DNA of 64,000 nucleotides. Source: Myxococcota bacterium (lineage in GTDB: Bacteria; Myxococcota; XYA12-FULL-58-9; JABJBS01). Position 1 is the stretch's first letter; every line of letters starts with the position of its first letter. Below the pieces are notes generated by a model that ran no database searches, was not told the DNA's origin, and saw nothing but the letters and a program-made list of their open reading frames with translations. Made by a program: the position numbers and the translations under genes. The stretch lies in assembly GCA_036339465.1 (NCBI GenBank), contig JAYZAY010000061.1, positions 1 to 64,000 of the forward strand, read 5' to 3'. This document shows, one piece after another, positions 29,673 to 40,833 of the stretch.

Positions 29673-32012
29673 CTAGCCTAGGAGGTCCGCGAAAGGGTTA
29701 TTTCGAAAACCTTGTTTCTTCGCAGGGAGCCTGTCTTTCTTCCTGGGTGAGGTAGTTTTTCTCTTTCCTTTACTGGTTCCATCTTTGACCCTAGCCCCAG
29801 AAGAAACAGGTGCGCTGGAATCGCCCTTCTGAGAGCCATCTTCAGGTTGCAGCCTAGCACTCAATGAAATCCGACACCGTTCGACATCTACGTCCAATAC
29901 CCTAACCTCAATTAACTGACCGGTATGGACGACATCAACAGGATTCTTGACAAATCGCTCCGCTAGCTGAGAAATATGAACCAAGCCATCTTGATGAACG
30001 CCCACATCCACAAAAGCACCAAAGGCGGTAACATTCGTAACTACCCCATTTAAGATCATTCCAACCTTGAGGTCATTAAGCGCACTGACCTCTTCCTTGT
30101 ATTCTACAAACTGGAAATTGTCCCGAGGATCACGTCCTGGTTTTAACAATTCGTCAGTGATATCGTTAAACGTCGCCACCCCCAAATCATCCGAGAGATA
30201 CCCCTTGGGATCCAGATTCTGAATAATATCCTTGTTTCCGATAAAATCTTCTAGGGCCAATCCTTGTCCTTGCGCAAGTGCTTCCACAAAACAATAACGT
30301 TCCGGGTGAACACCTGAATTGTCGAGTGGATTGGTCGCTCCCGGGATTCTTACGAATCCCGCAGCTTGCTCGAAAACCTTATGACCGACTCCCGGTACCG
30401 CCTTTAATTCCTCTCGACTACTAAACTTTCCAACCTCGTCTCGGTATTCGCAAATCTTCTGAGCAAGTTTGGGTCCAATCCCTGAAACGTAGGACAAAAG
30501 CGAAGTACTCGCAGTATTAATTGAAACGCCCACATAGTTGACACAACTCTCAACAACTTCACCGAGCTTGCGAGCTAACAATGGCTGGTAAACATCATGC
30601 TGGTATTGTCCTACGCCTATGCTTTTCGGCTCCAGCTTAACCAGTTCGGCCAGAGGATCCTGTACCCGTCGTCCGATTGAAATAGCACCACGCAACGTAA
30701 GATCAAGGTCGGGAAATTCCATTCTCGCAATCTCTGAGGCTGAATAAATACTCGCCCCAGACTCGCTAACCATCATCATCTTGGGCTGCTTACCGCGTTC
30801 CTTGAAAACTTGTCGAACAAAGGAGAGTACTTCTCGTCCCCCCGTACCATTGCCAATTGCGATAAGATCGATGACATGCCCATCTAAGAACTCAGAGAAT
30901 ACTGCCTGGGCTTTAGCCTGAGCATCCTGCGTGTGAATATAGAGCGTGAAATTCTCCAGGAAAGTACCTGTCTCCGAGAGCAAAACACACTTACAGCCGG
31001 TTCGAATTCCGGGATCAATAGCCAAAACCGGTTTCGCCCCAAGTGGAGGTGCAAGTAGAAGTTCACGTAGATTCTTCGCAAAAATATCCACAGCCTCCCG
31101 GTCTGATCGCATCTTTATCTCGGCCCTAATATCGGTTTCAATACTCGGTAGACATAATCGTAACAAGGAATCTTTGAGCGCAGAAATCAATATATCGTAA
31201 AAAGGCTTGGCTGCATCCCAGACGAGACAGTCTAGCGCCAGGCTAAATAGTCGATCCATGTCAAGTTCGAATGAAAGAGAGAGAATCCCCTCCTTTTCCC
31301 CACGTCGAATAGCCAAATAACGGTGTGAAGGAATCTTCTTCAGTGGCTCGGAATGCGCGTAATACTGTTCGAATTTCGTTCGTTTATTCAGAATTTCATC
31401 GGAACTATTAACCGACGACAGAACGGACTCATTCATAAAAAATTCACGGGCCGATTGCCTTATAAGCGCATTTTCGGAACAGACCTCCGCAATAATATTC
31501 TTAGCTCCCACCACTGCTTCATCGACTGAACCAACTCCCTTACCACAATCAACAAACTCACTCGCAATAACCTCGGCACCACGCGGATCACTTTGGTTCA
31601 TGAAGATGCTGGCTAGAGGCTCCAACCCTTTCTCTCTGGCAATAACAGCTTTTGTACGGCGTTTCGGCTTGTAGGGTAAATATAGATCCTCTAATTGCGA
31701 TTTCGTCTGAGCTTGCAGGATGTCGTTCTTCAACTTCTCAGAAAGTTTGCCCTGCTTATCAATAGAAGAAACAATCGCATGCCTTCGCTCTCGCAGAGCC
31801 TCTAGGTATTGGCGTCTTTCAGCTATCTTTCCAACTTCGACTTCTGAAAGATTTCCCGTCCGTTCTTTCCTATAGCGCGCTATGAAAGGTATCGTTGCCC
31901 CTTCCTTAAGCAGAGCAACGACAGATTCCACCTGCTTCATTGAAAGTTTTTCTTCGACGGAAATTCGCTCATTGGTGGAAGCATCTATCCTATTTTCAGT
32001 CGTATCTATCAT
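29673..32012 (-). CDS. tex: Tex-family RNA-binding transcriptional accessory protein
   Basis: GATIPFIARYRKE, LEDLYLPYKPKRRT, DPGIRTGCK, IGVGQYQHDV, S1 domain. Confidence 0.95.
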   Translation of the reverse strand: MIDTTENRIDASTNERISVEEKLSMKQVESVVALLKEGATIPFIARYRKERTGNLSEVEVGKIAERRQYLEALRERRHAIVSSIDKQGKLSEKLKNDILQAQTKSQLEDLYLPYKPKRRTKAVIAREKGLEPLASIFMNQSDPRGAEVIASEFVDCGKGVGSVDEAVVGAKNIIAEVCSENALIRQSAREFFMNESVLSSVNSSDEILNKRTKFEQYYAHSEPLKKIPSHRYLAIRRGEKEGILSLSFELDMDRLFSLALDCLVWDAAKPFYDILISALKDSLLRLCLPSIETDIRAEIKMRSDREAVDIFAKNLRELLLAPPLGAKPVLAIDPGIRTGCKCVLLSETGTFLENFTLYIHTQDAQAKAQAVFSEFLDGHVIDLIAIGNGTGGREVLSFVRQVFKERGKQPKMMMVSESGASIYSASEIARMEFPDLDLTLRGAISIGRRVQDPLAELVKLEPKSIGVGQYQHDVYQPLLARKLGEVVESCVNYVGVSINTASTSLLSYVSGIGPKLAQKICEYRDEVGKFSSREELKAVPGVGHKVFEQAAGFVRIPGATNPLDNSGVHPERYCFVEALAQGQGLALEDFIGNKDIIQNLDPKGYLSDDLGVATFNDITDELLKPGRDPRDNFQFVEYKEEVSALNDLKVGMILNGVVTNVTAFGAFVDVGVHQDGLVHISQLAERFVKNPVDVVHTGQLIEVRVLDVDVERCRISLSARLQPEDGSQKGDSSAPVSSGARVKDGTSKGKRKTTSPRKKDRLPAKKQGFRNNPFADLLG

Positions 32013-32015
32013 CCT

Positions 32016-33395
32016 TTATTCTCCAATTTTCCTGTAAATCGTACGCAGTCCCATCTTCAATAGCGTCGCGGTCAACCGCTTATCACCGTCAGTTTTACTT
32101 AACGTGTAATGAATAACCCTTTGTTCGACATCCTCCATAGGAATCCCAAACGGGATCCACACACCCTCACCTTGAGGCTCGCCACAATTGTCACCTTCCG
32201 ATTGTCGGAGCGAAGGCGGCAAATCCATAAATTCGATAATATTGCCCCTCGCCAACACCACAGCCCTTTCAATAACATTTTCTAATTCTCTGACGTTCCC
32301 GGGCCAGGCGTAATTGTCCAGAGTTTTCATCGCATCGTCTGTATAACCTTCAATACTCTTGTTGTTTTTCGCACAAAACTTAGTCAAAAAATGTTGTGCA
32401 AGAATCGCCACATCTCCCACTCGATCGCATAACGATGGAAGTTCCAATTGAATAACGTTTAGACGGTAATAAAGGTCCTCTCGAAATAGGCCTACCTTGA
32501 CCATCTCATCAAGGTTCCTATTGGTGGCAGCCACAATCCTCGCATCAACCGGAATGATCTTGTCCCCCCCCAACCGCTCAATTTCCTGTTCTTGAAGTGC
32601 CCTCAATAGCCGCGCCTGTAACGGCAGGGCCAATTCAGTTATCTCATCCAAGAATAACGTCCCCCTGTTGGCCCGTTCAAAGCGACCTTCTCTCCGACTT
32701 GTCGCTCCAGTAAAAGCCCCTTTCTCGTGCCCAAAAAGCTCACTCTCGAGTAGGGTTTCCGGTAAAGCAGCGCAGTTGATAGCAACGAAAGGGCCGGCCG
32801 CCCTTTCCGATGAATCGTGAATCTGTTGCGCACAAAGTTCTTTGCCGGTTCCACTTTGACCTGTAATCAAAATAGTCGCGTCTGACGGGGCCGCCTGTTC
32901 AATTGTTTCCAAAACGTGTCGGATGGGGTTCGATTGTCCAACAATCCGCGTATGACCAAAAGCCTGTGTCTCTCGCCTAAGCCGCAGATTTTCGAGTAAC
33001 AGTGTACGTCTCTCTAGCGTCCGCAAGACAGACCGAACTACGATGGCCCTTTTAAGAGGCTTTGTAATAAAATCGTAGGCTCCAGCTTTCATACATTCGA
33101 CGGCATTGTCGACCGTACCAAAGGCTGTCATAACAATAACTTCAATTGCTGGAGACAACGCCTTGACGGCTCGGATTAACTCGATGCCATTCATCTTTGG
33201 CATCATAATATCCGTGAGTACGACACCAATAGATTCATCAGCTCTAATTAATTCAATCGCCGTTACTCCAGATGGCGTTGTCGTCACCCGGAAACCCTCT
33301 CGCTGAAAAATTTTCTCTAATGAAACCAGGATCCCTAGTTCATCGTCCACCACTAAAACGTGGGCTTGTTCCGTCATTGTCGTCTGCTCTTCCAT
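32016..33395 (-). CDS. Sigma54-dependent response regulator (NtrC/AtoC family)
   Basis: Receiver (VVDDE, TDIMMP), AAA+ GQSGTGKE, GAFTGA, WPGNVRELEN, C-terminal HTH. Confidence 0.93.
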   Translation of the reverse strand: MEEQTTMTEQAHVLVVDDELGILVSLEKIFQREGFRVTTTPSGVTAIELIRADESIGVVLTDIMMPKMNGIELIRAVKALSPAIEVIVMTAFGTVDNAVECMKAGAYDFITKPLKRAIVVRSVLRTLERRTLLLENLRLRRETQAFGHTRIVGQSNPIRHVLETIEQAAPSDATILITGQSGTGKELCAQQIHDSSERAAGPFVAINCAALPETLLESELFGHEKGAFTGATSRREGRFERANRGTLFLDEITELALPLQARLLRALQEQEIERLGGDKIIPVDARIVAATNRNLDEMVKVGLFREDLYYRLNVIQLELPSLCDRVGDVAILAQHFLTKFCAKNNKSIEGYTDDAMKTLDNYAWPGNVRELENVIERAVVLARGNIIEFMDLPPSLRQSEGDNCGEPQGEGVWIPFGIPMEDVEQRVIHYTLSKTDGDKRLTATLLKMGLRTIYRKIGE

Positions 33396-33435
33396 AAACT
33401 ATAAGAGGCTCAGAATACTAACTGAGACAGGTCAT

Positions 33436-35109
33436 ATGAAGTTTTTAACTCCTAGTGAAGCACCAAGCATCCTCAAAAAACATTTTCTCGCTCCTACTCT
33501 TCCACTCGTAATAGAATTAAATCACGAAGCTCGGCAAGGAGCGGAGCCACAAGTGATGGCTATCGCATCCACAAACGACGTCTTCGTCCTCGATTTTAGG
33601 GCCAATCGAGTACTTCTCAGGAACTTAATTTCACACTCCCGAATATTAGCGGCCTTTCGCGCAAAAGAACTACATAAGGCCCTAGCCCGTTTTTTGAAGG
33701 CGACCCCTGAACGCTGGGCCTGTATTGCACTGAGTCATCAGTTATTGACCGACACAACACCCGCCCCGACTACTTTGGTCACCGTGACGAATCATTTTGG
33801 ACTGCCCATTCCGCCCGACCCCTCTAAAGGATTCGAGGCTCTCGCGGCACAAGCCACTCTGGTTAGCCTGGTCTTATCTGCACAGATCCCAGCTATAAAA
33901 AAGCGATCCCTGACCATGGTATCGAGACTCGAAGCAGCAGCTATACCTAGCATCGCCAATATGGAGTTAGCTGGACTACCATTTAATGCCAAACAATGGG
34001 CTAGCGATATAGGCGTAATGCAAACAGCCCAATCCGATGACCTATCCAGACTTACGGGTCCACACAACTCTACCTTTCTCCGGGAAATTCTCCACCAACC
34101 GACGTTAAAGCCGCTACTAAACTCAACCTTCCTACAAAAAAAGATTGCAGCCGTTGGGTACCAGGCCCGGACGCTGCGAATCACGGACCTACGCGCCTTT
34201 CCCTCAGAAACAACTCATCTCCTCGCCGATATTCTAGAGAGAGCAAGACTACTTGCTTCCTACGGTGCTAAACTAATCAAACACACATCTCCGGATTCTC
34301 GCGTTCGTACTACCTACGAACAAATTGGGGCATCCACCGGACGGGTATCGTCAACCGCTCCCAATCTTCAATCGATTCCGGCACACGTTGCCCTAAGAAA
34401 TTGCTTTCACACTACGCCAGAAAGGTCTTTCGTCATCGCTGACTATTCTATGTGCGAACTCAGAATCCTCGCTGAATTATCCTGCGACCACAACCTAAGA
34501 AATAGTTTCGAGATCGGTTCTGATCTACACGCCACTATCGCCAGTCAACTATGGGGTACCCACGTCACAAAAGACAGCAATCCACACCTCCGGCAACAGG
34601 CCAAAGTTATCAACTTCGGAATAGCCTACGGTATAACCGAACGTGGTCTCGCCCAACGGCTAGGAATCAGCGAACAAAAGGCCTCCGAACTTATGTCCAA
34701 CTACTTCAAGACCTTCCCTGCGGTCCGAGCGTACCTCGAATCAGCTCCGAAGATAGCCCGCCTTAAGGGCTACTGTGAAACTATCACCGGACGAAAGATG
34801 GCACTCGCTAAACTCAGTTATGACAACCCCCATTCGGTCAACCGCTATTGTCGTAACATGCCTATCCAGGGTACCAGCGCCGACATCATCAAATCCGCCC
34901 TTTATAATACACAAAGCGCACTGAAAACATATCCATCAGCGATCCTCTGCCATTGCGTCCATGATGAGATTATCGTGGAATGCGATCGAGTCGACACTGA
35001 TTCCGTATCGGCGTTAGTCAAAAAGGCGATGGAAGCTTCGGGAGAGAAAATTATGAAGGATGTTGAAATGGTCGCTGACGTTAAAGTTTCGTCAGTGTGG
35101 AGTAAATAG
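33436..35109 (+). CDS. Short family A DNA polymerase (no 5'-3' exonuclease, degenerate 3'-5' exonuclease domain)
   Basis: TGRVSSTAPNLQSIP, motif A ADYSMCELR, motif B RQQAKVINFGIAYG, NMPIQGTSADIIK, motif C VHDE; 557 aa. Confidence 0.88.
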   Translation: MKFLTPSEAPSILKKHFLAPTLPLVIELNHEARQGAEPQVMAIASTNDVFVLDFRANRVLLRNLISHSRILAAFRAKELHKALARFLKATPERWACIALSHQLLTDTTPAPTTLVTVTNHFGLPIPPDPSKGFEALAAQATLVSLVLSAQIPAIKKRSLTMVSRLEAAAIPSIANMELAGLPFNAKQWASDIGVMQTAQSDDLSRLTGPHNSTFLREILHQPTLKPLLNSTFLQKKIAAVGYQARTLRITDLRAFPSETTHLLADILERARLLASYGAKLIKHTSPDSRVRTTYEQIGASTGRVSSTAPNLQSIPAHVALRNCFHTTPERSFVIADYSMCELRILAELSCDHNLRNSFEIGSDLHATIASQLWGTHVTKDSNPHLRQQAKVINFGIAYGITERGLAQRLGISEQKASELMSNYFKTFPAVRAYLESAPKIARLKGYCETITGRKMALAKLSYDNPHSVNRYCRNMPIQGTSADIIKSALYNTQSALKTYPSAILCHCVHDEIIVECDRVDTDSVSALVKKAMEASGEKIMKDVEMVADVKVSSVWSK

Positions 35110-35111
35110 CG

Positions 35112-35504
35112 CTACGCATCGCCTTCAGTAAGAACTCTCGTTACGGCAGCACTCTCGACCAACATGATCATGGACAGTGGACTGTGGTCTCCGCTCCGAA
35201 ACCCTTTCCGGAGGACCCGCGTGTAACCGCCCGGCCTTTCCGTGAACCGGGGACCAATCTCTGAAAACAATTTCTTCAATACGTCAGAGTCTTGAATATC
35301 ACGCCCAGCCATCCGACGGGCGTGGACATCACCCCGCTTAGCCAACGTGATTAACTTTTCCGCGAAGGGCCTCAGCGCTTTTGCCTTTGCTTCCGTGGTT
35401 TCGATGCGCTCATGTTGAAATAGCGCAGTCGCCATATTCCGCAACGTTGCAATCCGATGCGACCGGTTACGACCAATTTTCTTAATTCCGTTTTGATGCC
35501 GCAC
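35112..35504 (-). CDS. rplQ: 50S ribosomal protein L17
   Basis: MRHQ..., IETTEAKAK, RPGGYTR. Confidence 0.97.
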   Translation of the reverse strand: MRHQNGIKKIGRNRSHRIATLRNMATALFQHERIETTEAKAKALRPFAEKLITLAKRGDVHARRMAGRDIQDSDVLKKLFSEIGPRFTERPGGYTRVLRKGFRSGDHSPLSMIMLVESAAVTRVLTEGDA

Positions 35505-35523
35505 AATTTACTCCCAGGCCACT

Positions 35524-36525
35524 CTAACGCTGTAGCTCGCGTGGTGGCCACTGTTCGAGCTTCATACCGAGGGCCAAGCCCATCTCGGATAACAACTCTT
35601 TGATTTCTTTAAGTGACTTCCGGCCAAAGTTCTTAGTCTTAAGCATCTCCGGCTCCGTCTTCTGTACCAAATCACCAATATACTTGATATTGGCGGCTTG
35701 CAGACAGTTCTCCGCCCGGACGCTAAGGTCCAACTCATCAACCGATCTCAGCAAGTTCTCATTGAACTGCTCTTCTGCGGGCTTCTCCTGTGGGAGGTCC
35801 AACTCATCCTGTTCCTCAAAGTTGATGAAAACACTAAGCTGTTCCTTGACTATCTTCGCAGCCAGCGCGACCGCATCGTCAGGCGCGATCGATCGATTCG
35901 TCCAAACTTCCAATACTAACTTATCATAATCGGTACGCTGACCAACGCGAGCATTGGTTACATGATAGCGAACCTTTCTTATCGGCGAGAAAAGCGAATC
36001 TACCGGAATCCAACCGACAGCCATGCTCGGCTGCTTGTTTTTCTCGGCGGGAATGTAACCCCGTCCGCGACGAATCATTACCTCCATCGCCAAACTTCCA
36101 CCCGGTGCAACTGTGCAGATATACTGTTCCCCATTCAAAACAGTAACCGATCCGTCGAGAAGCAGATCACTTGCGTATACACGCCGCTCTTGTTTTTCTT
36201 CCGCCTCCACCGCCAGCCGTAAAACGCGAGGCTCGAGAGCTAAAGTATCAAGCAAAACCTCTTTCAGATTTAGAATGATATCCGCAACGTCCTCACGAAC
36301 ATCTGGTATGGTGGTAAATTCATGGTGGGCACCATCAATTCGTACGGCGCAAACGGCAGTACCGTGCAGCGAACTGAGAAGCACCCGTCTCAGGGAGTTA
36401 CCCAACGTTATACCGAAGCCTCGTTCGAGCGGCTCGGCCGAAAACCGACAATACGAATCAGTCGCATTCTCGCGATCGGTCACCAAGCCCTGGGGTCTAA
36501 TTAAATCACGCCAATTTCGATTCAT
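35524..36525 (-). CDS. rpoA: RNA polymerase alpha subunit
   Basis: [30 protein letters not shown]. Confidence 0.98.
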   Translation of the reverse strand: MNRNWRDLIRPQGLVTDRENATDSYCRFSAEPLERGFGITLGNSLRRVLLSSLHGTAVCAVRIDGAHHEFTTIPDVREDVADIILNLKEVLLDTLALEPRVLRLAVEAEEKQERRVYASDLLLDGSVTVLNGEQYICTVAPGGSLAMEVMIRRGRGYIPAEKNKQPSMAVGWIPVDSLFSPIRKVRYHVTNARVGQRTDYDKLVLEVWTNRSIAPDDAVALAAKIVKEQLSVFINFEEQDELDLPQEKPAEEQFNENLLRSVDELDLSVRAENCLQAANIKYIGDLVQKTEPEMLKTKNFGRKSLKEIKELLSEMGLALGMKLEQWPPRELQR

Positions 36526-36559
36526 TGTTATCTCCCGCCTTTACACCAAAACAATTTTA

Positions 36560-36940
36560 TCAAACACGTCGTCGTTTAGGAGGCCGACAGCCGTTGTGTG
36601 GAATCGGTGTAATATCCCTAATAGACGTGACCTTCAACCCGGTCGCCTGAATGGCACGGATTGCTGCTTCACGCCCGCCTCCCGGGCCCTTTAGCATCAC
36701 ACCCACCGACTTCATCCCATGGTCTTGCGCCTTGTTCGCTGCAACTTGAGCGGCTACCTGAGCAGCAAAAGGGGTCGACTTACGAGACCCGCGAAAGCCT
36801 TGCGAACCAGAACTGCTCCAAGACACGACGTTACCTTGGGTGTCCGTGATCGTAATCAACGTATTGTTGAAGGTGGCTTGTACGTAGACAAGACCATTCG
36901 GAATATTTTTCTTAATTTTCTTACCGCGTGGGCCAGCCAT
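36560..36940 (-). CDS. rpsK: 30S ribosomal protein S11
   Basis: [27 protein letters not shown]. Confidence 0.98.
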   Translation of the reverse strand: MAGPRGKKIKKNIPNGLVYVQATFNNTLITITDTQGNVVSWSSSGSQGFRGSRKSTPFAAQVAAQVAANKAQDHGMKSVGVMLKGPGGGREAAIRAIQATGLKVTSIRDITPIPHNGCRPPKRRRV

Positions 36941-36942
36941 CT

Positions 36943-37302
36943 TTATCTCCGTCCTAGTCTTCTAGGTCCCTTGCGGGTACGTGCATTAGTTGACGTTCGC
37001 TGCCCTCGAACAGGCAACCCCCGCCTGTGTCTAAGACCCCGGTAACAGCCGAGGTCCATCAGCCGGCTGATATTCATTGAGGTCTCACGCCGAAGATCCC
37101 CCTCAACAAGGTAGCCCCGTTCAATGATCTCCCGAAGTTTTGCGACCTGGCCCTCAGTGAGCTGATCTGTCCGGGTGTTTACGTCTAGTTTTGCTTTACC
37201 AAGGATGTCCCGAGACAAGCTTGGACCTATACCGAAAATATAGGTTAATGCTATCTCGATCCGCTTCTTTCTTGGCAGGTCAACCCCGCTTATTCGTGCC
37301 AT
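36943..37302 (-). CDS. rpsM: 30S ribosomal protein S13
   Basis: [27 protein letters not shown]. Confidence 0.98.
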   Translation of the reverse strand: MARISGVDLPRKKRIEIALTYIFGIGPSLSRDILGKAKLDVNTRTDQLTEGQVAKLREIIERGYLVEGDLRRETSMNISRLMDLGCYRGLRHRRGLPVRGQRTSTNARTRKGPRRLGRR

Positions 37303-37346
37303 TTTCTACCTCTCATTTCGACTTGATGCTGGCGTTTAAACTTGAC

Positions 37347-37460
37347 TCAACCCTGCCGTTGCTTGTGTCGCGGGTTTTCGCAAATAACGCGAATCACGCC
37401 ACGACGCTTAAACACGAGACACTTTGGGCATATTTTCTTAACAGAGGCTCGTACCTTCAT
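37347..37460 (-). CDS. rpmJ: 50S ribosomal protein L36 (Zn-ribbon form)
   Basis: Hand translation [37 protein letters not shown]; below the ORF-track cutoff. Confidence 0.96.
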   Translation of the reverse strand: MKVRASVKKICPKCLVFKRRGVIRVICENPRHKQRQG

Positions 37461-37534
37461 CGTTTTTCTCACTTCCCGGACTGGCTCAAGTTGCGGCGCT
37501 TTCGCGTCCCGCGCCACCTTAATCTGCGGTGCGC

Positions 37535-37564
37535 CTTATACCATGTCTGAAATATACTAATCAA
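37535..37564 (-). promoter_or_regulatory. Putative sigma70 promoter for rpmJ-rpsM-rpsK-rpoA-rplQ
   Basis: TTGATT-18 nt-TATAAG with a TG extended -10, downstream of a hairpin (37596-37613) that follows adk. Confidence 0.4.
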
Positions 37565-37613
37565 TACCTATCTAAAGAAAGCTTACGTTTCGTTTAGGTG
37601 GAGCGATCCACCT

Positions 37614-38276
37614 CTATTCCGCATGCGAAGAGCTCTTTACCCCGTCGAAAATACGGCTTGTAACCGTCGACAAATCGCCGACACCATCAACCTCCACAAA
37701 GTTTCCAGCGCCACGGTAGAAATCAATCACCGCCGCCGTCTTATGCTCGTACTCTTCCAGCCGGCGTTGAACAACTTCCGCTTTGTCATCGGCTCGTTCT
37801 CGCAAAGCCTCACCGGAGACATCGCACAACCCCTCCATTTTTGGCGGATTGTGTATCATATGGTAGGTCCTGCCACTGACCGCGCAGAACCTTCGCCCCG
37901 TGGCCCTTTCGATCAAGAGCTCATTGGGAACCCGTAGATACAGCGCAGTTGTCAAAGCCAGCGTACGCTTCTCCAGCCACTGTCCCAAGGAAACTGCCTG
38001 GTACATCGTTCTTGGAAAGCCGTCTAAAAGAAAGCCTGCTGCGCAATCGTTCATCGCCAGCCTGCTCGTAACCATCTCAAGGATTAATTCATCTGGAACA
38101 AGCAAACCTTTATTGGAGAATTCTTGAAATCTCGCGCCCAGTTCAGTTTGGTCATTAATTGCGGCCCTGATAAGATCGCCCGTGGAGATCCGAACAATCC
38201 CATAATGACTACAGATCCGCTCCGACTGCGTTCCCTTCCCCGATCCGGGCTTACCTAGTATTACGATCCGTGTCAT
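37614..38276 (-). CDS. adk: Adenylate kinase
   Basis: GKPGSGKGTQ, STGDLIR, LDGFPRT, RADD. Confidence 0.96.
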   Translation of the reverse strand: MTRIVILGKPGSGKGTQSERICSHYGIVRISTGDLIRAAINDQTELGARFQEFSNKGLLVPDELILEMVTSRLAMNDCAAGFLLDGFPRTMYQAVSLGQWLEKRTLALTTALYLRVPNELLIERATGRRFCAVSGRTYHMIHNPPKMEGLCDVSGEALRERADDKAEVVQRRLEEYEHKTAAVIDFYRGAGNFVEVDGVGDLSTVTSRIFDGVKSSSHAE

Positions 38277-39584
38277 CTATTTACGCCCCCTAATTCGTTG
38301 CCCCCTGGATCCGGCAAATCCATCATAGTTCCGCGTTATCAAGTGAGACTCGATCTGTCGTACTGTGTCGAGAGCGACTCCTACAACGATCAACAAACCT
38401 GTTCCGCCAAAGAAAAACGGAACTTCAAACTTCGATATAAGTAACGTAGGCAGGACACAGACCGCCGAGAGATACAGAGCGCCACCAAAAGTTATCCGAG
38501 AGAGAACACGGTCTATGTGCTCCGCAGTGCTCTTACCAGGGCGAATACCAGGGATATAGCCGCCATATTTCTTTAGATTGTCTGCAACGTCAACAGGATT
38601 AAAAGTAACAGCAGTATAGAAATAGCAGAAGAAAACAATCAAAAGCACGTACACAGTATTATAGGACCATGAGTCAAATCGAAAGAACTGCCCCAACCAC
38701 TCGAAGAACGATCCTGGAGCGAAGCTTGCCGCGGTCGCCGGCAGCATCAGAATCGACGATGCGAAAATTGGAGGGATAACGCCGGAAGTATTAATTTTTA
38801 AAGGCAGGTGAGTCGACTGGCCGGTTGCGGTTCCTTTGCCCACAAGACGCTTAGCGTATTGAACCGGGATCCGCCGCTGGGCTTGTTCACAAAAAATGAT
38901 AGCCGCAATAACCGCAACCATCACTGCCAACAACACTAGACACGCGATAGGCTGAAGCGTTCCATTCATAATATAATTAATGGTGTCAAATAGCCCAGAC
39001 GGAAATTGAGCTACAATACCCGCAAAGATAATCAGAGATATTCCATTTCCGATACCTCGTTCAGTAATTTGCTCGCCCAACCACATGACAAACGTGGTGC
39101 CGGCCGTAAGAGTTAAGATCGTTATAAAGTAGAACTGAAAACCACCATCATCAACCACCGAGACACCGCCGGGCAGAGACATCAAATAGTTTGCTACGCC
39201 GAATCCCTGAATGATTGAGAGAACTATGGTACCATAGCGTGTGTATTGATTAATCTTTCGGCGGCCTGCCTCTCCTTCTTTCTTGAGACGTTCCAGCGAG
39301 GGTATCGCCACCGCCAATAGCTGCATGATAATTGAAGAAGAGATATAAGGCATGATACCGAGAGCAAAGATACTAGCGCGTTCGAAAGCACCGCCTGAAA
39401 ACATATTGAACACGCCAAACAAGGTGCCACTGAGCGCCTTAAACGCCTTGTTAAGCTCGATTCGATCCACGCCAGGAATCGCTACGAAAATACCGACCCT
39501 ATAGACAGCTAGCATGATAGCTGTAAACGCGATACGCTTTCGCAATTCAGGGATCTTTCCGATATTCCAAAATCCAGAAGCCAC
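38277..39584 (-). CDS. secY: Preprotein translocase SecY
   Basis: [45 protein letters not shown]. Confidence 0.98.
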   Translation of the reverse strand: MASGFWNIGKIPELRKRIAFTAIMLAVYRVGIFVAIPGVDRIELNKAFKALSGTLFGVFNMFSGGAFERASIFALGIMPYISSSIIMQLLAVAIPSLERLKKEGEAGRRKINQYTRYGTIVLSIIQGFGVANYLMSLPGGVSVVDDGGFQFYFITILTLTAGTTFVMWLGEQITERGIGNGISLIIFAGIVAQFPSGLFDTINYIMNGTLQPIACLVLLAVMVAVIAAIIFCEQAQRRIPVQYAKRLVGKGTATGQSTHLPLKINTSGVIPPIFASSILMLPATAASFAPGSFFEWLGQFFRFDSWSYNTVYVLLIVFFCYFYTAVTFNPVDVADNLKKYGGYIPGIRPGKSTAEHIDRVLSRITFGGALYLSAVCVLPTLLISKFEVPFFFGGTGLLIVVGVALDTVRQIESHLITRNYDGFAGSRGQRIRGRK

Positions 39585-39665
39585 TACACCCTCCAATGGA
39601 GAAAGTACTACCAGGCAGGTTGATGAATTAAAGTCGGCCTGAGCCCGACTGGCCAGGTAAAATCA

Positions 39666-40112
39666 TCAAACCACAGTCGCTTTGCCACCAGCGGCAACAA
39701 TCTTTGATTGCGCCGCCTGAGAGAAATGAACAGCCTCCACGGTCAACGCGAATGTGATTTCACCTCTCCCTAGTATCCGCAAACCATCAGCACGTTTCTT
39801 AGTGAGCCCTCGCTTGTAGATTTCTTCGAGCGTCACCGTTTCATCAGCCTTGAAGGATTTTGCTAGACTGTCGAGATTGATCGCAAAGTAATGCTTCGCA
39901 AACTTATTTACGAATCCGCGTTTTGGCATACGTCGGTACATTGCCGTTTGCCCACCCTCGAAACCAGGGCCCGGCTTTCCGGTGCCCGATCGTGACCGCT
40001 GGCCATCCTGACCACGTCCTGCGGTTTTGCCCCAACCGGAACTTTCACCGCGCCCCACTCTTCTGCGTTTCTTGTTGGCACCGCTAGGTGCTCTTAAGTC
40101 GCTTAAATTCAT
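39666..40112 (-). CDS. rplO: 50S ribosomal protein L15
   Basis: RVGRGESSGWGKTAGRG, FEGGQ. Confidence 0.97.
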   Translation of the reverse strand: MNLSDLRAPSGANKKRRRVGRGESSGWGKTAGRGQDGQRSRSGTGKPGPGFEGGQTAMYRRMPKRGFVNKFAKHYFAINLDSLAKSFKADETVTLEEIYKRGLTKKRADGLRILGRGEITFALTVEAVHFSQAAQSKIVAAGGKATVV

Positions 40113-40125
40113 CGATAACCTCTAA

Positions 40126-40323
40126 TTATTTTACACCGTCAACGGTGACATCAACAAGATGAACAACCTTCTGTATCATACCTCGAACACTGGTATTGTC
40201 CCGGTGTCTTACCGTTTTCCCAAAACGCGACAAACCAAGCGCGACTAGGGTACGTTTCTGACACTCCGGCCTACCTATACCGCTCTTTTTTAGGCTGACT
40301 AAGAAATAACGTTCGTCACTCAT
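40126..40323 (-). CDS. rpmD: 50S ribosomal protein L30
   Basis: KSGIGRP, TLVALGL, VRGMIQKVVHLV; position in spc operon. Confidence 0.93.
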   Translation of the reverse strand: MSDERYFLVSLKKSGIGRPECQKRTLVALGLSRFGKTVRHRDNTSVRGMIQKVVHLVDVTVDGVK

Positions 40324-40325
40324 GA

Positions 40326-40823
40326 TTAACCTCTCATCTCTTCTTCTGTCTTGCCCCGACGTCTAGCCACTTCGTCCTGCGAACGTAACTGTTTTAGCGC
40401 ATCAATCGTGGCTTTGACGACATTATGAGGATTCGTACTTCCAATGCACTTGGATAAAATATTCTGAACGCCTGCCGATTCCAGTACGGCGCGCACGGCG
40501 CCCCCGGCGATAACCCCTGTACCCTCGGCTGCTGGTCGGAGAAAGACACGACCCGCACCAAAATGCCCGAGAACTTCGTGAGGCACGGTGCCCTTAACCA
40601 AGGGTACCTCGACAAGATTTTTCTTCGCCTGCTCGAAACCTTTGCGAATCGCATCAGGGACTTCATTGGCCTTACCTAAGCCCGCTCCGACCCTGCCATT
40701 CCCGTCCCCAGCAACCACCAAGGCACTAAAGGAGAACCGTCGACCGCCCTTGACCACCTTTGCGACTCTATTTAAACTAACGAGTCGATCCACAATTTCA
40801 GTTTCATTCTGCTCAAATGCCAT
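40326..40823 (-). CDS. rpsE: 30S ribosomal protein S5
   Basis: [23 protein letters not shown]. Confidence 0.98.
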   Translation of the reverse strand: MAFEQNETEIVDRLVSLNRVAKVVKGGRRFSFSALVVAGDGNGRVGAGLGKANEVPDAIRKGFEQAKKNLVEVPLVKGTVPHEVLGHFGAGRVFLRPAAEGTGVIAGGAVRAVLESAGVQNILSKCIGSTNPHNVVKATIDALKQLRSQDEVARRRGKTEEEMRG

Positions 40824-40833
40824 TAGTAGCTCC

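Noticed and set aside
33436..35109. Prophage-derived polymerase region
   Set aside because: No integrase, primase/helicase or structural phage genes nearby; flanks are housekeeping genes.
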